From Chthoniobacteraceae bacterium (GTDB lineage Bacteria > Verrucomicrobiota > Verrucomicrobiia > Chthoniobacterales > Chthoniobacteraceae), in assembly GCA_037190965.1 (NCBI GenBank), contig JBBCKI010000068.1, positions 1-64,000 of the forward strand: a stretch of 64,000 nt of DNA, in the 5' to 3' direction. Position 1 is the first letter of the stretch; each line of letters begins with the position of its first letter. Positions 19,008-28,954 of the stretch are shown here, piece after piece. The translations under genes and the position numbers were made by a program. The notes beneath the pieces were generated by a model. It was given only the letters and a program-made list of their open reading frames with translations. It made no database searches and was not told where the DNA came from.

Positions 19008-19889
19008 ATGTCGGAACGCATTGCTTTTGTCGGAGTCGGTCGGATGGGCGCCAATATGGCGCACCGTTTGAAGGATCGCGGGTACGCCGTCACGGCTCTT
19101 TACGACGCCCTGCCGGGAGCCGCGCAAACGCTAGCCGGTGAACTCGGAGCGGCCGCGCCTGCCACGCTCGCGGAGGTCACTGCGGCGGCGGATATCATCT
19201 TCACCGTCGTCACCGATGACGCCTCGATGATGGCGATCTTCCCGGAATCCGGGGACTCGCTCTTGCAGGGGGCGTCGGGGAAACTATTCATCAACTGCGC
19301 GACGGTTTCTCCCGCGACGCACGTTGAGGTCGAGCGCCGGGCCGCAGAAGCGGGGGCGCAATCGCTGGAGGCATGCATGGCGGCGAGCATCACCCAGGCA
19401 CGGGAGGGAACGCTTTATCTCATGTGCGGAGGGAGCGATACCGCTTTTCGCCGGGCGGAGCCGGTGCTGCGTGATCTGAGCACATCGATGCGCCACGTCG
19501 GCGCGGCGGGATCCGCGGCGAAAGTCAAAGCGCTCGTGAACATGGTCATGAATATCAACACGGCGGGCCTTGCCGAAGGGTTGGGTCTTGGGGCCGCACT
19601 GGGGCTTGATCTCCCCATGCTTCGCGAGGTTTTCTCGCAAACGGGGGCCGCCTCCCGCGTGTTGCAGACCGATGGCGAGGATATGGAGAACCGGGATCAT
19701 GCCTGCTTTTTCTCCGCGGCTCATGCCGCCAAGGATAGCGGCATCGCGCTGAAGCTGGCCGATGAAGCGGGTCTGAATCTCCCGCTCGCTACCGCCACCA
19801 AGGCGCAGTACGACGAAATGGTGCGGCGGGGATTGGGCGAGCTCGATAAATCGGGCATTGCGGAGCTGACCTTTCCGGGACGCGGTTGA
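19008..19889 (+). CDS. 3-hydroxyisobutyrate dehydrogenase-family NAD(P)-dependent oxidoreductase
   Basis: FVGVGRMGANMA, GTLYLMCGG, VKALVN and AKD. Confidence 0.88.
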   Translation: MSERIAFVGVGRMGANMAHRLKDRGYAVTALYDALPGAAQTLAGELGAAAPATLAEVTAAADIIFTVVTDDASMMAIFPESGDSLLQGASGKLFINCATVSPATHVEVERRAAEAGAQSLEACMAASITQAREGTLYLMCGGSDTAFRRAEPVLRDLSTSMRHVGAAGSAAKVKALVNMVMNINTAGLAEGLGLGAALGLDLPMLREVFSQTGAASRVLQTDGEDMENRDHACFFSAAHAAKDSGIALKLADEAGLNLPLATATKAQYDEMVRRGLGELDKSGIAELTFPGRG

Positions 19890-19924
19890 CGACTCGCAAG
19901 CACGGTGAGGACGGCGGTTTCCCT

Positions 19925-19954
19925 CTCGTTCCCAATCTGGAGATTGGGAACGAG
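19925..19954. repeat. Singleton REP palindrome, family C
   Basis: CTCGTTCCCAATCT-GG-AGATTGGGAACGAG between convergent genes; same unit as at 55676-55858. Confidence 0.85.
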
Positions 19955-19975
19955 GCAACGAGGCTTCAATCTGCC

Positions 19976-20911
19976 TCAATCTTGAGGCGGGGCGCTGATT
20001 TTGTTCTGGATCGTTTCCAGTGATTTGATGACTGAGGCGTACTTGGTCCGCAGTTCCTCGCGCCGCTTGCCTTCATACTGAAAATAGCCGTCTCCATCCT
20101 GGGCGGTTTGATCGAGAATCCCGACGGCGGCCAAAGTGGAATTGAGGAGGGATTGAGCCTGTTCGTTCTCCCGCCTGCGAAGGTGATCCTCGGCCTTGCG
20201 GATGGTCTCCTGAGCCCGCTCCATCCGCAGGACCGCCATCTCGGTCTCAAGCCAGACTTTCAGATGTGGGATCTGGGCGGAGTGAGAGCCCCCCGGAATC
20301 GCAAACATATCCTTGCGGCCTTTTCCAAGGACCGCACCGCTGCGGCCCAACGGGCCGAGGCGCGAGACTTCCTTCTCCGCAACGACATGGAAGGTGCGCG
20401 GTTTGCTTGCATCCGGGAAGGGGCCGGTGGAACTCAGAAGAAAAAGAGCCACTTTCTGGGACCACTCCTTGGTTAAATCATGCGCCGCGCCGCCCCCTGC
20501 CGAAGCCCCGCCGACGATGACCAGGCGGGGATCGGTCTGAAACTGCTTTTCGATCTCGCCCACGACTGACTTCAGGGCTCGATTGACCCCGCTTGGCGGC
20601 ACCTTGCCGGCTTCCTTGAACCAAGGCATCTGGGGGACGACGACCGCGAGATCCAGAGCGTCGGAAATGGGCGCAAAAGCCTTCTGGTAATACTCAATCG
20701 AATCGCCGGAACCTCCAAAGAAAACTAGAACACCCGCAGGGCCATGAACTCCCTCCAGAGTGGATGGAATATGCAAAGCCATATTCACACCCTGTCGGAC
20801 GAGGGTTGATTTGCCGGTGGAAAGCGGCTCCTCCGCGAAGGATGGGTTAGCTCCCAAAAAGGTCATACCCAGTAAGAGTATCGAACGGCCAAGATGTAAC
20901 AGTTTTCTCAT
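19976..20911 (-). CDS. Secreted alpha/beta-hydrolase-like hypothetical protein
   Basis: Signal peptide (..PSFA-EE); GASAGG nucleophile elbow; GGSH. Confidence 0.6.
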   Translation of the reverse strand: MRKLLHLGRSILLLGMTFLGANPSFAEEPLSTGKSTLVRQGVNMALHIPSTLEGVHGPAGVLVFFGGSGDSIEYYQKAFAPISDALDLAVVVPQMPWFKEAGKVPPSGVNRALKSVVGEIEKQFQTDPRLVIVGGASAGGGAAHDLTKEWSQKVALFLLSSTGPFPDASKPRTFHVVAEKEVSRLGPLGRSGAVLGKGRKDMFAIPGGSHSAQIPHLKVWLETEMAVLRMERAQETIRKAEDHLRRRENEQAQSLLNSTLAAVGILDQTAQDGDGYFQYEGKRREELRTKYASVIKSLETIQNKISAPPQD

Positions 20912-21008
20912 TTGGATTTTTTTTCCTTTCCCTCTCTCCGAAAACAAACCGCGCTATTTGTGCCATTCAAGCACAATCAATAGGCATTCCAAGTTGATTC
21001 AGGTATTA

Positions 21009-22172
21009 TCAGGCCTCGTCTTTGTCATAGAGCGCTTCGATCAATCCCAGCGCCTTGGGGCCGGGCATCACCCCCGCCTCCATCTGGTTCATGACATAGG
21101 CGAAGGCCAAGCCATTTTCCGGATCCGCAAAAGCGTGGCATCCTCCGGCGCCCGGCTGTCCAAAAGCCGCGAGCGATGGGCCGAAGATCTGCCGGAGTTT
21201 CCGCCCTTCCCCGTCAACAGGATCACGCATGAACCCGGCGGCGAAGGCGGTCTGCCTGAGCAGGACGGCATCATGGCCGGCCGCCAGCGTCGTTGTCATG
21301 GGGGCGACGGAATTGAAGAAGCGGATTCCATCCAGCGTTCCTCCTTCCGCCAGCATGGCGTAGAATTTTGCCAGCGCGCGGGCGGTGCCGATTCCGCCGA
21401 ACCCGGGGAGCGCCGCCTGTCGGATCTCCGGTGTGTTCATGGCGGTGACCCCACTCAAATCTCGTGGCGAGTTGAAGGCGCGCGACGTGAGTGAGGCGGA
21501 GTCGGTGAAGGCTTTGAAAAAGTCGGCATCGTGTGGGTGCGTGGCAGCCGTGCCCGGCGCGCGGGCAGGGTAAACCGGGGCCACGCTCGGGAGAACTTCC
21601 GTCGGTACCCCGATCCAGAAATCAAGATCGAGCGGGACCGCGAACCATTTCCGCCAATACTCGGCGAGCGGGATGCCCTCGATCCGCCGCACCAATTCGT
21701 CGAGCAGCGTGCCAAAAGTGCGAGGGTGATAGCCGTGTGCCTCGCCCAGGGGCCAGTTCGGCGTCTGCGCGGCAAGCGCCGCCGCGACCGCCGCGTGATC
21801 GAGAACCGACGCCGGGAGATCGAGCGCGGCAAGGCCCGCCTGGTGGGAAAGCGCTTCGGCTACCGTCACCTGTTCCTTCCCGGCCTGGGCAAATTCCGGC
21901 CAGAATGCGGCAACCGGCGTGTCGAGCCGTTCGCCGTGGCGCTTCATCACATGCAGCACGCACGCCGCCGCCGGGCCCTTGGTGGCCGACCAGACGAGCA
22001 CCGGCGTCTTCGCGCTCCATGGCACGGTTTTGTCGCGATCCTGGTACCCGCCTGCCAGCGATAGCACTTCCCGCCCATGTTGCCAGACGGAGAGCGACGC
22101 GCCGAGATCGCCCCGTTTCTCGAAATTCTCCCAAAAGAACGCCTCCGCGCGCTCCAGATTACCGTGGTTCAT
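21009..22172 (-). CDS. Serine hydrolase, beta-lactamase class C/esterase family
   Basis: SATK (SxxK), LSHQAGL, GYHPRTFG and AFGQPGAGG; ATGA overlap with the upstream stop. Confidence 0.9.
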   Translation of the reverse strand: MNHGNLERAEAFFWENFEKRGDLGASLSVWQHGREVLSLAGGYQDRDKTVPWSAKTPVLVWSATKGPAAACVLHVMKRHGERLDTPVAAFWPEFAQAGKEQVTVAEALSHQAGLAALDLPASVLDHAAVAAALAAQTPNWPLGEAHGYHPRTFGTLLDELVRRIEGIPLAEYWRKWFAVPLDLDFWIGVPTEVLPSVAPVYPARAPGTAATHPHDADFFKAFTDSASLTSRAFNSPRDLSGVTAMNTPEIRQAALPGFGGIGTARALAKFYAMLAEGGTLDGIRFFNSVAPMTTTLAAGHDAVLLRQTAFAAGFMRDPVDGEGRKLRQIFGPSLAAFGQPGAGGCHAFADPENGLAFAYVMNQMEAGVMPGPKALGLIEALYDKDEA

Positions 22173-22666
22173 TGCTTTTTTGCGGGATGGAGCGGCTTCA
22201 GATCGGGATCCACCTTGGCGTAATCCCTTAGCTTTGTGTCGAGGGAAACGCTGGCTTCGAGATAAGCCTGCGCCGTCTCCAGATTTCCCAGGACGCATTC
22301 ATAACACGCGAGATTGTAGTGATAAGTCGCCTCTTGGATGAGCGAGGCTGGCCCCTCCAGCAGCACTTCTTTGGCCTCGCGGGTGCGGCCCAGTTCATGC
22401 AGGCAGAACGCGGCATGAATAAACCCGAGGGGGGCATCCGGCGAGATGGCGCACAGCCGCTCGCTGGCGACGAGCGCCTCTTTCCACCGGCATGCTTTCA
22501 TTTGCACGACGATGCGAAGCTCGATCACCTCGGCCCGGAGCTGTTCTTCAAACGGGAGGGAGTCGATTTCGCGGATCGCGTCATCGAACATTTCCAGTTC
22601 AAAATACCCTTGGGCGGCGAGGTGGGTGCGTTCGAGCAAAGTCACGGCAGGCGGCGACTCTTCCAT
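22169..22666 (-). CDS. TPR protein with C-terminal YNLAC motif
   Basis: Helical repeats; HYNLACY...LG..A..DPDL. Confidence 0.8.
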   Translation of the reverse strand: MEESPPAVTLLERTHLAAQGYFELEMFDDAIREIDSLPFEEQLRAEVIELRIVVQMKACRWKEALVASERLCAISPDAPLGFIHAAFCLHELGRTREAKEVLLEGPASLIQEATYHYNLACYECVLGNLETAQAYLEASVSLDTKLRDYAKVDPDLKPLHPAKKQ

Positions 22667-22675
22667 AGACCTCTC

Positions 22676-24526
22676 TTAAGGAATCAGGAGGCTTTCGAGT
22701 TCCTCCACCCTTCTCGCAAAGAGCGCCAGCGTCTGTTCGACGGGCGCGGGGCTCGACATATCGACCCCGGCGGCCACCAGGGTCGGCAGTGGGAAGCGCG
22801 AGCCTCCGCTCTTGAGGAACCCGAGGTACCCATCGGTCTTCCCGGTTGTGAGCACCTGCTCGGAGAGGCTGACGGCGGCGGACATGCCGGTGGCGTACTT
22901 ATAGACGTAAAAGGCGCTGTAGAAATGAGGGATGCGCAGGCACTCCAGCTCCAATTCCGGGTCGATGGCGAAATTTTTGCCAAAGTACGTGTCAAGGAGC
23001 CCTCGATAGACCTCTTTGAAAACGTCGAGGGTGAGCGCTTCGCCCCGTTCCTCGATCTCGTGGATCAGTTTTTCGAACTCGGCGAACATGGTCTGCCGAT
23101 AGACCGTGCCGCGAATGTCATCGATCTGTCGGTTGATCAAGTACGCGCGCATGGCCGGGTCGGTCGTTTCCTCCAGCAGATGATGCGTGAGCAGCTCTTC
23201 GTTGAAGGTGGAGGCCACCTCCGCCAGGAAGATCGGGTAATCGTAGTTCTGGAACGCCTGATTTTTTTGGGAATACCACGAGTGCATCGAGTGCCCGGCT
23301 TCGTGCGCGAGCGTGTAGACATCGGAGAAGACGTCATCCTTATAGTTCATGAGGATGTACGGCGGGTTTCCGTAGCTGCTGGAGGAGAACGCCCCGGAGC
23401 GTTTCCCCTTGCTTTCATAACGGTCGCACCACCGTTCATCGCGCAATCCCTTCGCCAAGACCGAGGTGTATTCCTCGCCCAGCGGGGCCAGCGAGGCGAT
23501 CACCTTGTCGATCGCTTCGTCAAAGGTGACCCGGGTTTCGATATTGGCGACCATCGGGACGTAGGTGTCGTAGTGATGGATCTCGTCGAGCTTGAGCACC
23601 TTGCGGCGAAGCTCGTAATAGCGATGGAGCGGGTCGAGGTTCGCCCGGACGCTGCCGATCAGATTGTCATAGACGCTCACCGGCACGTCGTCGGCAAAGA
23701 GCGCGGCCTCCCGGGCGGAGGGGTAATTCCGCGCGCGTCCCACAAAGACGTCGGCTCTTACCGAACTGGCGAGGCTGGAAGCGAGCGTGTATTCGTGATC
23801 GCGGAATTCGCGGTAGAACCGGTGGAACGCCTGCTTGCGCAAAGCCGGGTCGCGCTTGACCAGGAAAGAGGAAAACGCGCTCTGGCTCAGTTCCCGCTCC
23901 TCCCCTTTTTCGTCCCGGATGACGCCGAACTTCATGTCGACGTTGGTCAGTTGCTCGAAGGTGTCGCGATGCCCGTGCAGGGCGGTAGCCCCGAGCGCAA
24001 GGAGGCGCTCCTCCGCGCCGCTCAGCGTGTGCGGCTTCAACCGGCGCAGCTTGCGAAGAGGGATTCGCCACGCCTCCAACTGCGGGTCGTTGAGATAGCG
24101 TTCGAACGTGGCATCGTCCAGGGCCTGGATCTCCGGCGCAAGAAACGCGGATGCTTCGCCGATTTTCGTGAGCAGATTCTGAAGAATCGCCTCCCTTTCC
24201 AGGTGCGCGGCGTCGGAAGCGTTCTCCGAGACCCGCAGCATCGTGTAGTGATAGAGTTTTTCGATCCGGAGATTGAGCGCCCGTTCAAATTCCAGGACAT
24301 CGCGAAGCGTCGCCGCCGACTCCCCGGCCCGGCCCTTGAACTTCGCAACCTCCGGCCATTGCGCCGCGAGCGTGTCGAACTCGGCCTGCCACGCCTCGTC
24401 GCTGGGGTAAAGCAAACTCAGATCCCACGTATCCCCCGGAGCCACTTCGGCCCGACTCGGGATCTTACTGCCTCCCTGCGCTCCCGCCCCCTCGTCCTCA
24501 CTGTACAAAATCGCGAAATTCTTCAT
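22676..24526 (-). CDS. pepF: Oligoendopeptidase F (M3B)
   Basis: TWDLS.LY, GKRSGAFS, HEAGHSMH, AEVAST and IPHFY..FYVYKYATG. Confidence 0.95.
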   Translation of the reverse strand: MKNFAILYSEDEGAGAQGGSKIPSRAEVAPGDTWDLSLLYPSDEAWQAEFDTLAAQWPEVAKFKGRAGESAATLRDVLEFERALNLRIEKLYHYTMLRVSENASDAAHLEREAILQNLLTKIGEASAFLAPEIQALDDATFERYLNDPQLEAWRIPLRKLRRLKPHTLSGAEERLLALGATALHGHRDTFEQLTNVDMKFGVIRDEKGEERELSQSAFSSFLVKRDPALRKQAFHRFYREFRDHEYTLASSLASSVRADVFVGRARNYPSAREAALFADDVPVSVYDNLIGSVRANLDPLHRYYELRRKVLKLDEIHHYDTYVPMVANIETRVTFDEAIDKVIASLAPLGEEYTSVLAKGLRDERWCDRYESKGKRSGAFSSSSYGNPPYILMNYKDDVFSDVYTLAHEAGHSMHSWYSQKNQAFQNYDYPIFLAEVASTFNEELLTHHLLEETTDPAMRAYLINRQIDDIRGTVYRQTMFAEFEKLIHEIEERGEALTLDVFKEVYRGLLDTYFGKNFAIDPELELECLRIPHFYSAFYVYKYATGMSAAVSLSEQVLTTGKTDGYLGFLKSGGSRFPLPTLVAAGVDMSSPAPVEQTLALFARRVEELESLLIP

Positions 24527-24604
24527 GGTGCGCCCACCGTAACGGATTCCACCGTTCTCCGCCACCCCGGCCGGAAAAAAAGCATTTCAATCCGTCAAGG
24601 TTGA

Positions 24605-24685
24605 GAAGCTGTGAAAAAAGTCCTCAAAGCACCGTGGGAGAAAATAGACCTCCCAAGGCTGCTTCATGACTTTTTTCACAGCTTC
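24605..24685. mobile_element. 81-bp MITE-like element with perfect 18-bp terminal inverted repeats (family E)
   Basis: GAAGCTGTGAAAAAAGTC ... GACTTTTTTCACAGCTTC. Confidence 0.7.
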
Positions 24686-24754
24686 CGAGGGAAACTGCAA
24701 AATGATTTTGCCAGCGGCAAGGAAAACTCTAAACTGCTTCACTCCGTTCCCCAG

Positions 24755-26593
24755 ATGATGAAACTCCCAATTGTCCTCCTTGCGCTTGCCGCGCCCACCT
24801 TTGCGCTGGCTCAGACCACCCCCGCGACTCCCGCAAAGCCGAAGAATCTCATCTACAACGGCAGCTTCGAATCATTCTGGCAGGCGGACAACCTCTGGGA
24901 TGGCATCGATAACGACGGGTATCTGGCCGGAGCCCGGGGCGGCGTCAATGTCATTTCTGAAAGAGGCGCTGTCGAGGACGTGGCCATGCCGATCTCGGTC
25001 CAACTGGGCGATCTTAATGGCGACGGGCTCATCGACATCCTGACCGTCGATCTGGAGGGCTACTTCCGCGTTTACTTCAACAGCGGTACCAAAACGGAGC
25101 CGAAGTTTACCAACTGTGAAATCATCCCGATTTTTCTGTCCCGCTTCGACCAGCATAAGCGCCGGGCGGCTCTCAAGGCCTCCCTGCATGACCTGAATCG
25201 CAGCGGCACCCTTGATCTGGTTTTAGGCGACTACGCCGGCGAAATCATGATTCTCAAGAATTCGGGTTCCACTACGATTCCCGAGTTTCGGCAACCGCCG
25301 ATGGCGGACGTTCTGCTTGTGAGAACGACCGTCTCCGGTAATCTCTGGGGGAACGTTTTTGCCCCTGCCGTCTGGGATTGGACCCGGTCGGGAACGCCCG
25401 ACCTTTTGGTGGGGGAAGGCAGCTACTCCGCCAACGCCATTCACCTTCTTGTCAATAAAGGGAACGGCTCCGCTCCCAAATTTACCGAAGATTCCCGCTT
25501 CTATCTCGCCTACGGCGACGGACGCGAACAGCTCGTTCCGGCAGTGGTCGATTACAATGGCGACGGCATTCCCGACCTCATCGTGGGCGACCGCAAGGGA
25601 ACCCTGAACGTTTATCTGAGCGAGGGGGCCTGGAACAAGGACAAGGAGCTTAAGTTCTCCTCCACCATCACTTGCGGATCCGTTTCCAAGTTCAACGGAT
25701 GTATTGCTCCGGCGGTTGCCGACCTGAACGGCGATGGTCTTTTCGATCTGGTGATCGGCAAAACGAATGGACGCATCGCCATTGCCTACAATCAGGGCAC
25801 CAAAGAACAGCCGAAATTTGCGACTCCCGTGGAACTCAAGGGAACTGACGTCTGGAAACGCAACACGATGCGCAATCCCAGCGACTGGAGCGCTGATTTC
25901 GGAAGAGAGAAAGGGAACTTCTACGGCTATGTCACGACGGTGAACGAAACCGATGATCCCCAGGCCGCCCCCATCCCTGACGGGAAAAACGTCCTCAAGG
26001 TCGGCTATTTCCCTTCTCTTAACAAGATCATCAAATACACGCCGACCGTTTTTCCGGCGTCCAAAGAGCCCGAGGCGGCGTCGGTCTCGCCTCCCAATGA
26101 GCTCCGCAAGATCTCGCCCAACTGGAATGCTCACCAGGCCCCGGCTGCTGGTTACAATACCGACAGCAATATGGTCATTATCCGCAAGTTCCTGGATAAC
26201 TCGCAGGTCAAACCGGGCGTGGACTATACGTTCAGCTTCAAGTCGAAGGGCCGGAGCGTAAAGAGCGCCCGCTGGTATGTGGCTTACGCCGGGCATGGTG
26301 TACGCACGGAAGCAAGGGTGAAGTCCCGCGTCGGCCGTGGCGTTCAGATGGAGCGTGACGAAGCCTGGGATTCCGTCACCGACCAGGGCGATTTCACCGC
26401 TGGCGCCAACTGGGGGGCTGTCTCCCGTAACTTCAATTTCAAGTTCGCAAAGGAGAAGGACCTCAATGACCCGAAAACCTTCAGGGGGACGACTGCTCCG
26501 ATTTATCGCTTTGGCGTGGAAATCCGGGCCGTTCTCAATCCCGGTGACGGCGTTTTCTACCTCGACGACGTACAGTTGATCGAAAAGAAGTAG
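24755..26593 (+). CDS. Secreted FG-GAP/VCBS repeat protein with CBM-like beta-sandwich segments
   Basis: Signal peptide; repeated D.NGDG..D(I/L) motifs; NLIYNGSFE at the N-terminus and YTFSF.SKG/YLDDVQL at the C-terminus. Confidence 0.82.
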   Translation: MMKLPIVLLALAAPTFALAQTTPATPAKPKNLIYNGSFESFWQADNLWDGIDNDGYLAGARGGVNVISERGAVEDVAMPISVQLGDLNGDGLIDILTVDLEGYFRVYFNSGTKTEPKFTNCEIIPIFLSRFDQHKRRAALKASLHDLNRSGTLDLVLGDYAGEIMILKNSGSTTIPEFRQPPMADVLLVRTTVSGNLWGNVFAPAVWDWTRSGTPDLLVGEGSYSANAIHLLVNKGNGSAPKFTEDSRFYLAYGDGREQLVPAVVDYNGDGIPDLIVGDRKGTLNVYLSEGAWNKDKELKFSSTITCGSVSKFNGCIAPAVADLNGDGLFDLVIGKTNGRIAIAYNQGTKEQPKFATPVELKGTDVWKRNTMRNPSDWSADFGREKGNFYGYVTTVNETDDPQAAPIPDGKNVLKVGYFPSLNKIIKYTPTVFPASKEPEAASVSPPNELRKISPNWNAHQAPAAGYNTDSNMVIIRKFLDNSQVKPGVDYTFSFKSKGRSVKSARWYVAYAGHGVRTEARVKSRVGRGVQMERDEAWDSVTDQGDFTAGANWGAVSRNFNFKFAKEKDLNDPKTFRGTTAPIYRFGVEIRAVLNPGDGVFYLDDVQLIEKK

Positions 26594-26629
26594 CGATCCT
26601 ACCCCCGCGAGGGGCCGCGCCTCCCCGCG

Positions 26630-27637
26630 ATGAATTTGTCCGCTGAATCTCTTGATTTGCCAGCCTTTCCAAAAACACCGGATTCCATCACTCAGGCGTT
26701 CGTGCTCGGAGCGGGGTTGGGCACGCGGCTGAAGCGGTTGACGGCGACGCGCCCAAAACCGCTGGTTCCTCTCGCGGGACGACCACTTATCGCGTCCGCG
26801 TTCGATCATCTGATCGGAGCGGGAATCCGGAGCATTGCCGTCAACACTCACCACTGCTCGGAAGCCTACGCAGGCGCCTTCCCTGAGAGGACCTATCGTG
26901 GCGTTCCTCTCACCTTTCGGCACGAACCGGTCCTTCTGGAGACGGGCGGTGGCATCAAAAACGTCGAAGACCTTCTCGGTGGCGGGCCATTCATCGTCTA
27001 CAACGGCGACGTTCTCTCCACGTTGCCGCTGGAACCAGCCATCGACCATCACTTCGCTGCGGGAAATGAAGTGACCCTGATCCTTCGCAGCCAGGGAGAA
27101 GCGCTCCACATCGCTCTGGAGGAAACAGGCCGGACCGGCAGCGGTTTCACCGCAGGCCGTGTCGCCGATATTCGCGAGCGACTGGGCCGGGCTCCCGGCA
27201 CCCATCTTTTTACTGGCCTTTACCTCGTCAATCCGGCTTTCCTGAAGCGGCTGACGCCAGGGAAGGCTTCGGTCATTCCCACTTTTCTTGAGATGATCGA
27301 GGAAGGGAACCGACTGAATGGCCTAGGAGCGATCATCATCGATGAAGGCGAATGGTGGGATCTCGGCACCCGCGAGCAGCTGTTGGCCGCCCAACGCCGC
27401 CTGCGCGAAGCCTCCCCGGGAGAGTGCTGGGTTCACCCCACCGCAAGCGTCGCCGCCGACGCCCGGATTACCGGGGCGAGTTTCATCGGCGCGGGGTCGG
27501 AAGTCGGCCGTGGCGCGCGCCTGCATGACACGATTCTTTGGGAAGGAACGAAAATCGCGCCAGACAGCGTCCTCGAAAACTGTATTGTCACCGAGAACCA
27601 AAACGTGGGCGGCGTCCATTTTGACGCCGACTTATAG
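26630..27637 (+). CDS. Sugar-phosphate nucleotidyltransferase (MurU/mannose-1-P guanylyltransferase-like)
   Basis: LGAGLGTRL..LT..RPKPL, LETGGGIKN, NGD and WDLGT; C-terminal left-handed beta-helix-like hexapeptides. Confidence 0.88.
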   Translation: MNLSAESLDLPAFPKTPDSITQAFVLGAGLGTRLKRLTATRPKPLVPLAGRPLIASAFDHLIGAGIRSIAVNTHHCSEAYAGAFPERTYRGVPLTFRHEPVLLETGGGIKNVEDLLGGGPFIVYNGDVLSTLPLEPAIDHHFAAGNEVTLILRSQGEALHIALEETGRTGSGFTAGRVADIRERLGRAPGTHLFTGLYLVNPAFLKRLTPGKASVIPTFLEMIEEGNRLNGLGAIIIDEGEWWDLGTREQLLAAQRRLREASPGECWVHPTASVAADARITGASFIGAGSEVGRGARLHDTILWEGTKIAPDSVLENCIVTENQNVGGVHFDADL

Positions 27638-27801
27638 AGCGGTTTTGAATTTCCTATTTACATTCTTTGCGGCGGCGCGGGCCGTTGCGCGGCCTTTCAA
27701 GCTCGGGCAGTATTGGAAATACAGCCGCTTCGCTTGAAAAGCCGCGCACCAACCCACGGCGCTCGCAAATAATTGTGAATACTTAACTCAAAAACGCTCT
27801 A
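27635..27801 (+). mobile_element. Family B element, copy 2, on the stop codon of the nucleotidyltransferase gene
   Basis: TA-GAGCGGTTTTGA...TCAAAAACGCTC-TA; the TAG stop is the target TA plus the first G of the element. Confidence 0.85.
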
Positions 27802-27818
27802 GCCCCCCTCTTTCCCCC

Positions 27819-28850
27819 ATGATTCCCGAGACGTTCCTCGACCATACGTTTACCCGCTTCCCGCGATTCGTTCGCGAGAGGATCGAGATCGAACCTCTTG
27901 AAAAAGGCGGCTCGGGCCGGAAGTATTACCGGATTGCCATGCGTGGCGAGGGCTCGCTCATTCTGGTCAAATACACCGGGCAACGCGAAGAGAACCGGCA
28001 CTTTTGCGAGATTGCCGTTTTCCTGAAGGATCTCGGAGTTCGTGTCCCAGTCATTTATCATCACGACCAGGAGGAGGGGTTGATCTGGCTTGAGGATCTT
28101 GGAGCCATCGATCTCTGGCACTTTCGCGATGCGCCATGGCCCAAGCGGCAGGCCCTATACCGGAGCACTCTGGAGCAGGCCGTCATTCTGCACACCCACC
28201 CGATTTCCAAAACAGGACCGGGACAGCCCACCTTCCAGCAAGCCTTCGACGGCAGCCTCTACAGGTGGGAGCAGAACTATTTTTTCGAAAATTGCATCGG
28301 CCGCCACTTCGGCATTGATGCCGAAGCGCTGACCGCACGTCATGGCGGGGCTAGTCGCCACCAGCTCCACGAGATCGCAGACGCCCTCGCCGCCCGCCCC
28401 CGGGTGTTTGTGCATCGCGATTTCCAGTCGCAGAATGTGATGATTACCGATGGGGACGGGCAGGAGCGCGCCACGCTCATCGACTTCCAGGGAATGCGCC
28501 CTGGCCTGGGCGAGTACGACCTCGCCTCGCTTCTCTACGATCCTTACGTCCATATCACCCCGCAGGAGCGCGACTCGCTTCTGGACGACTACGCCGTTCT
28601 GTGTGCCGAAGCGGGCTACGCCGTTCCCGCGGATTTCCGGGAAGTCTTCGATCTCTGCGCCATGCAGCGGCTGATGCAGGCCCTTGGGGCCTATGGATTC
28701 CTAGGCCTTGTTCAGGAAAAACCGCAGTTCCTCGTCCACATCCCGGTGGCGCTGGCGTCACTGCGGGAAGTGACGGGGCGTCTGCGTCTCACGGGCTCCC
28801 ACAATCTGGACGAATTGATCGGGCTTCTCGACGAGGTGATTGCCAGGTAG
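27819..28850 (+). CDS. Aminoglycoside-phosphotransferase-fold kinase, AmgK-like
   Basis: GSGRKYYRI, LEDLG, HRDFQSQN, IDFQG, YDLASLLYDPY and QRLMQALGAYGFL. Confidence 0.85.
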   Translation: MIPETFLDHTFTRFPRFVRERIEIEPLEKGGSGRKYYRIAMRGEGSLILVKYTGQREENRHFCEIAVFLKDLGVRVPVIYHHDQEEGLIWLEDLGAIDLWHFRDAPWPKRQALYRSTLEQAVILHTHPISKTGPGQPTFQQAFDGSLYRWEQNYFFENCIGRHFGIDAEALTARHGGASRHQLHEIADALAARPRVFVHRDFQSQNVMITDGDGQERATLIDFQGMRPGLGEYDLASLLYDPYVHITPQERDSLLDDYAVLCAEAGYAVPADFREVFDLCAMQRLMQALGAYGFLGLVQEKPQFLVHIPVALASLREVTGRLRLTGSHNLDELIGLLDEVIAR

Positions 28851-28954
28851 GAGCGAGAGCGAACCCGGCGCTCCTGCCCGTTACCCTTGGTTTTTTCTTA
28901 TTTCCCGACTTTCGAAAATCCCGATTCTCGGGAAAACTGCGGTGCGTCTCCGTT

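Noticed and set aside
16941..22172. Antibiotic-resistance cluster (TetA-like MFS, MBL-fold protein, beta-lactamase-like protein)
   Set aside because: These are generic superfamily members in a core context with no mobility signs; substrates cannot be assigned from the sequence.
22319..24604. 761-aa + strand ORF
   Set aside because: Antisense shadow of pepF with no recognisable motifs; such shadows are common in GC-rich DNA.
25223..27205. 660-aa minus-strand ORF
   Set aside because: Antisense to the well-supported FG-GAP and nucleotidyltransferase genes.
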